In this document: positions 1-7,636 of the stretch, one piece after another
How positions within the stretch are numbered: position 1 is the stretch's first letter
Layout of the letters: each line of letters opens with the position of its first letter
Origin: Clostridia bacterium
GTDB taxonomy: Bacteria; Bacillota; Clostridia; Oscillospirales; CAG-272
DNA length: 64,000 bases
Reading direction: 5' to 3'
Assembly (NCBI GenBank): GCA_017467085.1
Contig: JAFTSW010000008.1
Span: 1,174-65,173 of the forward strand
Notes under the pieces: model-generated
Told to the model about the DNA's origin: nothing
Seen by the model: the letters and a program-made list of their open reading frames with translations, nothing else
Database searches by the model: none
Program-made: the position numbers and the translations under genes

Positions 1-55
1 AACCTGCGGCATCGACGTACCAAACGTCGCGCGCTACCAACTGCGCCACACCCCG
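1..55 (-). tRNA. tRNA-Pro (anticodon UGG), 3' part cut by window edge
   Basis: Reverse complement reads CGGGGTG-TG-GCGC-AGTTGGTA-GCGC-G-CGACG-TTTGGTA-CGTCG-ATGCC-GCAGGTT. This gives the acceptor 5' strand, D arm, a perfect anticodon stem with TGG anticodon, and the start of the T arm. Confidence 0.85.
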
Positions 56-175
56 AAGTGTGAAAAATATTGATTTTTTGAGGTTTTTCCGTAAGTGGTC
101 AAATCTGTGGTCAAGCCACTTAAAATGGGATTTTTGCGAGAGAGAATAGTACCGAAAAAGTCAGTGTTTACAAGG
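48..175 (-). repeat. tRNA-Pro 5' end plus upstream (promoter-side) segment, copy 1; diverged copy at 582..706
   Basis: The string caccccgaagtgtgaaaaatatt...ttccgtaagtggtcaaatctgtggtca...gaaaaagtca..gtttaca recurs at 582..706 with scattered substitutions and indels. Confidence 0.7.
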
Positions 176-217
176 CTTTTCGGCGTTTTTTATTTCGGGA
201 TATCTTTGGGGCGGTGT

Positions 218-260
218 CCTGCTCCCAAAGCACGCGCGCTACCAACTGCGCCACACCCCG
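218..260 (-). pseudogene. truncated tRNA-Pro fragment (5' acceptor strand, D arm, anticodon arm only)
   Basis: Reverse complement CGGGGTGTGGCGCAGTTGGTAGCGCGCGTGCTTTGGGAGCAGG is identical to the genuine tRNA-Pro over the first 27 nt. It keeps a TGG anticodon loop. No T arm or 3' acceptor strand follows. Confidence 0.6.
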
Positions 261-309
261 AAAACTATTAAATTGAAGATGTATCCTGCCCTTGAATTTG
301 TGTGCTTTG

Positions 310-532
310 CTCGCCCTTCCTAAAATATAGTCGAAATGTGCGCAAATCATAGCTTTGCTTCATTTCTCCTTATTTTAGTTAAGCGCTTCGTGAAAACAGT
401 TATCAACTGTTTTCACTCGTTGGCCCTTCCTAAAACATAGTCGTCTGTCGTCGCCTGCGCCTGCTCGGCTCGGCAGACTCCTTGTTTTAGTTAAGCGCTT
501 CGCGAAAACAGTTATCAACTGTTTTCACTCGC
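310..532. repeat. two tandem ~110-nt two-hairpin modules (310..420 and 421..532)
   Basis: The flanks gcccttcctaaaaYatagtcg and ctccttRttttagttaagcgcttcgYgaaaacagttatcaactgttttcactcg are conserved around a ~33-nt core that differs completely between units. Each unit ends in a 12-bp-arm palindrome, gtgaaaacagtt-atc-aactgttttcac. Confidence 0.7.
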
Positions 533-540
533 TTACCCAA

Positions 541-590
541 AGCGCGCTACTGACTTCGCGTCTGCGAAGTGTCTGCGCACACACCCCGAA
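541..590 (-). pseudogene. degenerate tRNA-Pro 5' fragment interrupted by a small hairpin
   Basis: Reverse complement CGGGGTGTG[TGCGCAGACACTTCGCAGACGCGAAGTC]AGTAGCGCGC keeps the acceptor 5' strand and D-stem 3' half of tRNA-Pro, with an inserted CTTCGC/GCGAAG hairpin. Confidence 0.35.
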
Positions 591-706
591 GTGTGAAAAA
601 TATTCGATTTTAGGTCAATTTCCGTAAGTGGTCAAATCTGTGGTCAGACCGCTTTTTTGTTGCGATTTTTCAAAAGAGGATGTGCGAAAAAGTCAATCGT
701 TTACAC
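582..706 (-). repeat. tRNA-Pro upstream segment, copy 2
   Basis: Diverged duplicate of 48..175 (see that entry). Confidence 0.7.
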
Positions 707-963
707 ATTTTCGCAAGCGAAAATCGGGTTTTCGAGCCTTTGGAAAACCTTCGACCGAAATCTGACTGCATGCTCCAAAGCAAGCGCACTACGGCCTCGC
801 AGAAGAAGCTTGAGGACTGTTGTATTATAGCACAGGAAAGCGCGCTTTGTCAAGGGGAAAAAGAAGGGCAAAGAGATAATCAGACGCAAGATTTTTAGAG
901 AGTAAGGAAAGCCGCGCGCTTCTGCTACGAAGAACACGACCTCCTTGCTCTTTTGCTTTTTCA

Positions 964-1854
964 TCAGCGCTTTGCTACGCACGCGAGGCTTTGGCGGAAT
1001 TTGTAAGGCGGAACGCCGTAGCGCAGGCGAAAGCGTTCTGTGAAATAGCTTGTGGAATTAAAGCCGAGCGCTGCGGCAATGTCGCTGATGGTGCGGTGCG
1101 TGGTCAGAAGCAGGCGCTCGGCCTCGCGCAAGCGCAAGGCTTCGGTGTACGCCGTGAAGGAAATGCCGAACACGCGCTTGAAGATGCGGGAAAAATAACT
1201 GTAAGAAAGGTGCGCGAAGGCGGCTGCGTCCTCCGCACTGAAATCCTCATATACGCGCGCGTTTGCCTCGGCAAGCACCGATTCCAAAACAGACAGCGTT
1301 TCGGGCGGCAGGTCGGTCGTCATGGGCGAAAAGGCACAGCGATGACGGAAAATCCACACAAAAATGCGCATCACGTTGGCGTAAATTAAAAGCTCGTAGC
1401 CGGTTTGCATCCTCTCGTATTCTTCACGAATTTCCGTTATCCAACGGTCAACCTCGCTTCCCGTTAGCTCCGAAGCGCGAATAGCAGGCGCAAAGGAGAC
1501 TTCGTTTTGCCAAAGTGAGAGAAGATAGCGAATGCCCAAAAGGCTTTTGCCCTGTGCATAAAGAAGGTCGGGCAAAAATTTGATAACGTAATAGTCTGCC
1601 GTTCCCTCGGTTGCGTATACCTCGTGCGGCTCGCCCGCATGAATGACAAGAAGGTCTCCCTTTGCCATCGAATAGGTGCGCTCTCCAATGATAACCTGCG
1701 CCTCGCCCTCTATACCGTATAAAAGCTCAATATAACTGTGATAGTGAACGCGCACATCATCGCCTGTTGGCAGAATGTGTCGCAAAAGACAGTCGATAGG
1801 CTGCTCCCAACCGTCGACGTATTTCAGCTTTTCTTCAACAACCTGTCGTTGCAT
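964..1854 (-). CDS. AraC-family transcriptional regulator (N-terminal cupin sensor, C-terminal double HTH)
   Basis: 296-aa ORF. The N-terminus has a cupin pattern (HYHSYIELLYGIEGE...GDLLVIHAGEPHE). The C-terminus has an AraC HTH (TISDIAAALGFNSTSYFTERFRLRYGVPPYKFR). It is divergent from a sugar-enzyme pair. Confidence 0.9.
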   Translation of the reverse strand: MQRQVVEEKLKYVDGWEQPIDCLLRHILPTGDDVRVHYHSYIELLYGIEGEAQVIIGERTYSMAKGDLLVIHAGEPHEVYATEGTADYYVIKFLPDLLYAQGKSLLGIRYLLSLWQNEVSFAPAIRASELTGSEVDRWITEIREEYERMQTGYELLIYANVMRIFVWIFRHRCAFSPMTTDLPPETLSVLESVLAEANARVYEDFSAEDAAAFAHLSYSYFSRIFKRVFGISFTAYTEALRLREAERLLLTTHRTISDIAAALGFNSTSYFTERFRLRYGVPPYKFRQSLACVAKR

Positions 1855-1973
1855 AAAAACTCCTTATGACAAAAAAACGATACTTTAATACAAAATAATT
1901 ATAGCATATCAAAATCAAATATGCTATACTTTTTTTGGAAAAAACAAATTTTTTCTTTGAAAGGAAGAGGACT

Positions 1974-2762
1974 ATGAGAATAGGAAGAATCCAAAATGAT
2001 TATACCGAAAAGGGCTTCGGACTCGTGAAGGAGCAAGGCCTTTCCTTTGCCGAGCTTTGCATGAACAGCCAAGCGGAGAGCGAGGCCTTGGTTTCGAGTC
2101 GCGAAAGCATCCTTGCCGCCGCCAAGGCGACGGGGATTGACGTTTCCTCTGTCGGCAGATGGAATCACGACGTTGCGGAAAACGGTGTTATCAATGCAGA
2201 AAAGGCCAAGAGCTATTACGAGCTTTTGGATGCCGCCATCTATCTTGGCGCCAAAACCTTCGTTTGCGGTATCAACCGCGACGAGAGCGTTAGCCTGTAT
2301 CGAAACTATACCAATGCAATCGAGTTCTTCGGCGGTCTTTGCGAGCACGCCAAGGGCAAGGGCATCAAGGTGGCTGTGCAAAACTGTAATTGGAACAATT
2401 TTGTGGTCAGCCCGTTTGATTGGGATGTCGTGCTTGGAGAAGTGCCTGATCTTTGGCTGAAATACGATGCCTCTCATTCCTACAACCGAGGCGACGATTA
2501 TCTTGGCGAGCTTTCCGATTGGTGCGAGCGCGTGGCGCACGTACATATTAAGGGCACAACGCACGCAGGCAAGCGCGCCGTAGCCGACCCGCCGGCAGGA
2601 ATGGACGATATCAAGTGGTCCTCGCTCTTCTCCATTCTCTATGCGCGCGGCTATGACGGCGATTTGAGCATTGAACCGCATTCAAGCGTTTGGTGCGGCG
2701 AGCTTGGCGCGGCAGGCGTCCTCTTCACCCGTGATTTTGTTAAACAGTATATCGTACGCTAA
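1974..2762 (+). CDS. sugar phosphate isomerase/epimerase (xylose isomerase-like TIM barrel)
   Basis: ATG at 1974 lies behind GGAAGAGG. Motifs include VAHVHIKG and GYDGDLSIEPH, typical of the AP-endonuclease-2/xylose-isomerase-like fold. Confidence 0.75.
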   Translation: MRIGRIQNDYTEKGFGLVKEQGLSFAELCMNSQAESEALVSSRESILAAAKATGIDVSSVGRWNHDVAENGVINAEKAKSYYELLDAAIYLGAKTFVCGINRDESVSLYRNYTNAIEFFGGLCEHAKGKGIKVAVQNCNWNNFVVSPFDWDVVLGEVPDLWLKYDASHSYNRGDDYLGELSDWCERVAHVHIKGTTHAGKRAVADPPAGMDDIKWSSLFSILYARGYDGDLSIEPHSSVWCGELGAAGVLFTRDFVKQYIVR

Positions 2763-2782
2763 ACAGGAAAGGAACGAAAAAA

Positions 2783-3864
2783 TGAAAAAGACAGTTAAGG
2801 TTGGTATTATCGGCTGCGGCGGTATCGGAACCGGCAAGCATATGCCCTCGCTCAAAAAGGTGGAGGGCTGTGAAATGGTTGCCTTCTGCGACATTATTCC
2901 CGAAAGAGCCGAAAAGGCGGCCAAGGAATTCGGCACGCCCGACGCACGCGTTTACACCGATTATAAGGAATTGCTCAAGGAAGATTTGGACGCGGTGCAC
3001 GTTTGCACGCCTAACCGCTCGCATAGCTTTATCACGGTGGACGCGCTGGAGGCAGGCAAGCACGTTATGTGCGAAAAGCCTATGGCCATCAATTCCGCCG
3101 AGGCTAAGAAGATGCTTGACGCGGCAAAAAGAATGGGCAAAATTCTCACCATCGGCTACCAAAGCCGCTTCCGTCCCGATTCGCAGTATATGAAGGCGGA
3201 GGCAGAGGCAGGTACCTTCGGCGAGATTTATTACGCCAAGGCAACCGCGCTTCGCCGCCGCGCCGTTCCTACCTGGGGCGTATTCCTCAACGAATACGAG
3301 CAGGGCGGCGGCCCCCTTATCGATATCGGAACGCACGCGCTTGACCTGACCCTTTGGATGATGAACAACTATGAGCCTCTTTACTGCGTCGGCACGGCCT
3401 ATCATAAGCTCAACAACGATACCGACCAGGGCAATGCCTGGGGCAACTGGGACCCTGAAAAGTTCTCGGTTGAGGATAGTGCCTTCGGCTTTATTGTGAT
3501 GAAGAACGGTGCCACCGTTATTCTGGAATCCTCTTGGGCGCTCAATATTCTTGACCCCCGTGAAGCCATCACCACGGTTTCCGGTACCAAGGCAGGCGCC
3601 GATATGCTGGACGGGCTTCGCATCAACGGCATTCGCAACGGCAGACAGTACGTGATGAAGCCCTCCTTTGAGGCGGGCGGTGTAGCATTCAATGCAGGCC
3701 GCGGAGATGAAAGCCCTGCCGATTGCGAGGAAAGACTCTTTATTGAGGCCGTGCGCGGCGGTGCTGCTCCAATCACCAAGCCTGAGGAGGCCTATTGCGT
3801 CACGCGTATTCTTGAGGGTATTTACGAATCTGCCAAGACGGGCAAGCCCTACTATTTCGATTGA
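2783..3864 (+). CDS. Gfo/Idh/MocA-family NAD(P)-dependent oxidoreductase
   Basis: Start MKKTVKVGIIGCGGIGTGKH (Rossmann GxGxxG) behind AGGAAAGGA. The CEKPMA motif is present. Confidence 0.9.
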
Positions 3865-3883
3865 TTGTTTGTACAGAAAAAGC

Positions 3884-3917
3884 AAAGCGAAGCGGCAAAA
3901 ACCGCTTCGCTTTTTTT
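3884..3917 (+). terminator. rho-independent terminator between convergent genes
   Basis: Stem gcgaagcgg / ccgcttcgc with loop caaaaa, followed by T7. An A-rich stretch on the other side makes it plausibly bidirectional. Confidence 0.8.
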
Positions 3918-3934
3918 GACGCGAGAGGGAAGTG

Positions 3935-4318
3935 TTATTCCAAGCGCGTGATGTATTGGCAGTAAACGTATACGTTTTGCACCTTTTTGGCCTCAACCCC
4001 ATCATCCGCCTGAATAATCGGCTGGGTTTCAGAGGGGGTGACGTAAAGCTTGAAAACGATGGCGTCCTGCCCGGGGCGCATATTGCGGATGCGCTTGTAA
4101 TTCAGCTGCTTCCGCTCAACACCCAGATAGTCAAAAATAATGGTCTCGATGCCGCTATCGCTGAAGCAGCGGAGAATTTCGTCCTCGTGATATGCGTCAA
4201 GCAATACCTTTGCCTCATCGAAGGTCAGGTTGTGGCATTTGAACAGTCCTTCGTTCAGGACACTCATCATACTGCTGTTGTCTAACAGCAATAAGGGCAG
4301 CTCGTGTTGTTCGTACAT
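3935..4318 (-). CDS. small conserved hypothetical protein; possibly DUF1874 / viral B116-like fold (recollection only)
   Basis: 127-aa ORF with RBS GGAGGAACC upstream, isolated between terminators and an AT-rich spacer. The family assignment is from memory of the general sequence pattern and was not verified. Confidence 0.55.
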   Translation of the reverse strand: MYEQHELPLLLLDNSSMMSVLNEGLFKCHNLTFDEAKVLLDAYHEDEILRCFSDSGIETIIFDYLGVERKQLNYKRIRNMRPGQDAIVFKLYVTPSETQPIIQADDGVEAKKVQNVYVYCQYITRLE

Positions 4319-4671
4319 GGTGGTTCCTCCTTGGTTTGTTTCTTGGTACCATTATACGGGCAATTTTGCAATTTGTCAATAGAAAACTTGCAAAAAATGG
4401 AATTTCTACACTTTTCACAAATTGAGGCTGAAAAACCGTACAAGTTGCACAAATTGTTAAATTTATAACAAATAACGGCAGGAAAGTGGGGAAAAAATAG
4501 AAAAAACAATGCGTTTTTTGCTTTTTCAATTTCTACAAGAGCTTTTAATACTTTTGGAAGAAATGCAGGAAAAAAACAGAAACTTGCAAAACGGGCAAAA
4601 AGAGAGCAACGAAAAAAAGAAGAAAAGGCTTGAGAAAAAAAGAAAAAATAAGAAAAGACCTCCTCTGCCTC

Positions 4672-4700
4672 TTGCCATTCCTTTGGCTTTGTGCTATACT
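4672..4700 (+). promoter_or_regulatory. sigma-A type promoter for fumC
   Basis: TTGCCA, 17 nt spacer, then TGcTATACT (extended -10). Confidence 0.5.
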
Positions 4701-4772
4701 ACTTGCAGAAAAGAACGGCGCAAGGTGGCGCCCCTATGATACGTATCAAAGAGTCCTATAAGGAGAGAAGAG

Positions 4773-6164
4773 ATGGAAACCGAAAAGAAGGAAGCCTTTC
4801 GCATAGAGCACGATTCTATGGGCGAGGTGGCAGTTCCGGCAGAAAGCCTCTGGGGCGCCCAAACCCAGCGAAGCCTTGAAAATTTCCCTATTGGAGAGGA
4901 AAAAATGCCGAAGGATATCATTCGTGCCTTTGGCATTATCAAAAGGGCGGCTGCCTCTGTCAATCATATGCTGCGCCCCGAAAAAATGTCCGAGGAAAAG
5001 CGGAATGCCATTCTTGCCGCCTGCGATGAGCTGGCAGAAGGAAAGCTGGACGCCCATTTTCCCCTGGTGGTCTGGCAAACGGGAAGCGGCACCCAGTCTA
5101 ATATGAATGTCAACGAGGTGATTGCCAACCGTGGCAACGCCATAGCAGAGAAGAGTGCGCTTTTACACCCCAACGATGACGTCAATATGTCCCAAAGCTC
5201 CAACGATACCTTCCCCACCGCCCTGCACGTGGCGGCGGTGCTGGCAGTAGAGAAAGGGCTTTTGCCCGAAATCGATGCGCTGATAGAGGTGCTTTGCCGA
5301 TTAGAAAAGGAAAACGAGGGCATTGTTAAAAGCGGCAGAACCCATCTGCAGGACGCAACCCCCATTGCCTTTTCCCAAGAAATCAGCGGCTGGCGCAATT
5401 CCTTGGAAATTGACGCCCAAATGATAAAAGCCGCCCTTTCTCCCCTTCGCGCCCTGGCACTGGGCGGTACGGCGGTGGGAACGGGCTTGAACGCCCCCCG
5501 TGGCTTTGCCGAGGGCGTAGCCGAGGAAATTACCGCCTTGACAGGAACGGCGTTCCATACCGCCGAAAACAAGTTCCATTCCCTGACGAGCAAGGGCGAG
5601 CTTGCCGCCGCCCACGGCGCCATGAAGGCGCTGGCTTGCGATTTGATGAAGATTGCCAACGATATCCGTTTCTTAGCATCGGGTCCCCGTCTGGGCTTGG
5701 GAGAAATCTATATCCCCGAGAACGAGCCGGGCTCCTCCATTATGCCCGGCAAGGTCAACCCCACCCAATGCGAGGCTATCACGATGATTGCCGTAGAGGT
5801 AATGGGCAACGATGCCGCCATTGGCATTGCCGCCTCCCAGGGTAACTTTGAACTAAACGTCTTTATGCCCGTCTTGGCATATAATTTCCTGCAATCCGTT
5901 CGCCTGCTTGCGGACGGCATCCGCTCCTTCCGTCTGCGCTGTGTGTCGGGCATAAAAGCCAATAAGGAGAAAATGAAGGAAAACCTCCATCGCTCTTTGA
6001 TGCTGGTTACCTGCCTGAACCCCCATATCGGCTACGAGCGCGCCGCCGCCGTTGCCAAAAAGGCGTACGCCGAGAATATTTCCTTAAAGGAGGCTTGCCT
6101 CTCTCTTGGCTATATGACCGAGGAAGCCTTTGATGCCGCCTTCAAGCCCGAGGAAATGGTGTAA
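4773..6164 (+). CDS. fumC: class II fumarate hydratase
   Basis: 463 aa. The fumarate lyase signature GSSIMPGKVNPTQCEA is present, and similarity to FumC runs full length (SSNDTFPTA, GRTHLQDATP). Confidence 0.97.
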   Translation: METEKKEAFRIEHDSMGEVAVPAESLWGAQTQRSLENFPIGEEKMPKDIIRAFGIIKRAAASVNHMLRPEKMSEEKRNAILAACDELAEGKLDAHFPLVVWQTGSGTQSNMNVNEVIANRGNAIAEKSALLHPNDDVNMSQSSNDTFPTALHVAAVLAVEKGLLPEIDALIEVLCRLEKENEGIVKSGRTHLQDATPIAFSQEISGWRNSLEIDAQMIKAALSPLRALALGGTAVGTGLNAPRGFAEGVAEEITALTGTAFHTAENKFHSLTSKGELAAAHGAMKALACDLMKIANDIRFLASGPRLGLGEIYIPENEPGSSIMPGKVNPTQCEAITMIAVEVMGNDAAIGIAASQGNFELNVFMPVLAYNFLQSVRLLADGIRSFRLRCVSGIKANKEKMKENLHRSLMLVTCLNPHIGYERAAAVAKKAYAENISLKEACLSLGYMTEEAFDAAFKPEEMV

Positions 6165-6180
6165 GCGCCGCGAATTTTAT

Positions 6181-6596
6181 AAAAAAGAGAGAACAGCAGC
6201 ATAGTGTGATACTCTTAACGGAGTATCACGCTAACTAAGTTTGCCCTTTGGGCAAGTGAAGTTATCTTCGATAGTGAAGTTCACTTCGTGAGTGAAGTTT
6301 CGCCTAACGGCGAAGTGTGGGCAAACTTAACTTCACTTGTGCATAAAAGTTGCAAAGCAACTTTGCACAAACTTCACTGCGTAGCAACTTCACTTTCGCG
6401 ATAGCGAAAACTTCACTAACAGAAAAAGTGATAACATTTCGGTTGTGAACCGATTTGTTATCTCTTTCTGTCGTTATATGGGTTTGGGCTTAGCCCATTT
6501 GCGTTTGACTGGTCAAATGCGATGCTCGCACTTTGCGGGGAGTGTAAAATTCTCCGCTAAGGACATCACCCTATAACTGCTTTGCTCTCTCTTTTT
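6181..6596. repeat. repeat- and hairpin-dense spacer bounded by imperfect inverted repeats
   Basis: AAAAAGAGAGAacagcag at the left edge faces ctgctttgCTCTCTCTTTTT at the right edge. Inside are 7 perfect copies of a 9-mer. AGTGAAGTT occurs at 6255, 6273 and 6291. Its complement AACTTCACT occurs at 6329, 6370, 6386 and 6409. Several short hairpins are also present. Confidence 0.7.
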
Positions 6597-6607
6597 GTTT
6601 AGTTGTC

Positions 6608-7609
6608 TTAGTTGTCGTTTGCTTTCAAAGCCATCAGCTTGTCGTACAGGGTAGGAATGGTAATCTGATGGTCGCCGCAGAAGTGCCAGCCAAAGCCGCC
6701 ACGGCTGGTGGGACGGTTGACGATGTTCTTTCTGGGACGGTAGTAGTAGTTGGGGTCGCTGTAGCCAATCTTGCTGCGGTAGTCCCCAAGGTCAATCAGG
6801 TCAAAGTTTGCGGTGGTGATGTGGAAGGTTTCGTAGCCCAGGTTTCTTGCCACGGAAAGCGCCTTCAAGAACACCTCAGCGCCAATAACGGCAGAGCCGA
6901 AGTTTAAGAACACGCCGCCCTCAAGCTTTGCCACGGAAGCGCACATCTTCTTGAAATCAATGCCCGAGCAACGCCCGATAGCCGCCATATCGCAGGTGGG
7001 ATGCTGGTGAATGATGTCCGTGCCCAGCGCAATATGGTAGGTAGCAGGCACGTTGTGTACGTATGCCTGGTAGAGAACGCAGTTCTCGCGGTTGGGGAAG
7101 CGCTCGGGATGCTCGGCAATGTACTTGCCAAGCGCCTCGCCGTAGCCAAGGTTTTCCTTGGCGCCCGCCTGCAGCGCCTCGTTCATCCAGGCGCCCGTCT
7201 GCTCCCACATACCGAAGGAGCCGTCCTCAATGGCGGTGGGAACGTCCTCGCTGGTGCCGCCCAGGTATGCCAGCTCAAAATCGTGAATACTGCCTGCGCC
7301 GTTGGAGGCAATGTGGGTGATAACGCCCTCCTTAATCAAGGCAATCAGATAGTTGGAAAGGCGGTTCTTGATAACGTGAGCGCCCATAGACCAGATAACG
7401 GGCTTGCCGTTCTTTCTCGCCTCATAAATCTTAGATACCAGAATATCGAAATCGGGATGCTCAAAATTCTCGTGGGGAGTCACGGAGGGAATCATCAGAT
7501 TCTCAATCGTCACCAGATTGCGACGGATGGATGCGTCATAGGTCTTAACCTCTGCAATGTCAAGATATTGGCTTCTTCCCTCGCCAATAAAGGTTCCTCT
7601 TTCTTTCAT
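6608..7609 (-). CDS. conserved hypothetical protein; weak resemblance to the deoxyhypusine-synthase-like Rossmann family
   Basis: 333-aa ORF, apparently co-transcribed with the upstream kinase (27-nt gap). The stretch GAHVIKNRLSNYLIALIKEGVITHIASNGAGSIHDFE recalls the DHS-family NAD-binding core. The family call is tentative. Confidence 0.6.
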   Translation of the reverse strand: MKERGTFIGEGRSQYLDIAEVKTYDASIRRNLVTIENLMIPSVTPHENFEHPDFDILVSKIYEARKNGKPVIWSMGAHVIKNRLSNYLIALIKEGVITHIASNGAGSIHDFELAYLGGTSEDVPTAIEDGSFGMWEQTGAWMNEALQAGAKENLGYGEALGKYIAEHPERFPNRENCVLYQAYVHNVPATYHIALGTDIIHQHPTCDMAAIGRCSGIDFKKMCASVAKLEGGVFLNFGSAVIGAEVFLKALSVARNLGYETFHITTANFDLIDLGDYRSKIGYSDPNYYYRPRKNIVNRPTSRGGFGWHFCGDHQITIPTLYDKLMALKANDN

Positions 7610-7636
7610 AGCGTGTCCTTTCTTTTGTCCTCGTTA

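Noticed and set aside
168-350. 60-aa ORF on the minus strand.
   Set aside because: It reads straight through the tRNA-Pro-like fragment and repeat units, so the region is better explained as non-coding repeats. A 31-codon ORF with AAGGAG (about 366..271, minus) also exists in unit 1 of the tandem repeat, but it is not preserved in unit 2.
310-532. Possible CRISPR array (conserved repeats flanking ~33-nt variable cores).
   Set aside because: There are only two units. The conserved parts are ~75 nt and split around the core, no cas genes are in the window, and the cores are self-complementary hairpins. It is reported instead as a structured tandem repeat.
680-982. Overlapping 72-aa (+) and 93-aa (-) ORFs between the tRNA-Pro repeats and the AraC gene.
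   Set aside because: No RBS, no recognisable motifs, and they overlap each other. The region is more likely the AraC gene's 3' flank.
4509-4739. 76-aa Lys/Glu-rich ORF in the fumC upstream spacer.
   Set aside because: The translation is low-complexity (KKKKRLEKKRKNKK), produced by A-rich spacer DNA, with no RBS. It overlaps the predicted fumC promoter.
6170-6600. Possibility that the structured spacer is a known large housekeeping RNA (RNase P RNA, tmRNA, 6S, SRP RNA).
   Set aside because: None of the universally conserved blocks I know for these RNAs is present (for example GGAAAGUCC and ACAGNAA of RNase P, or the tRNA-like ends of tmRNA).
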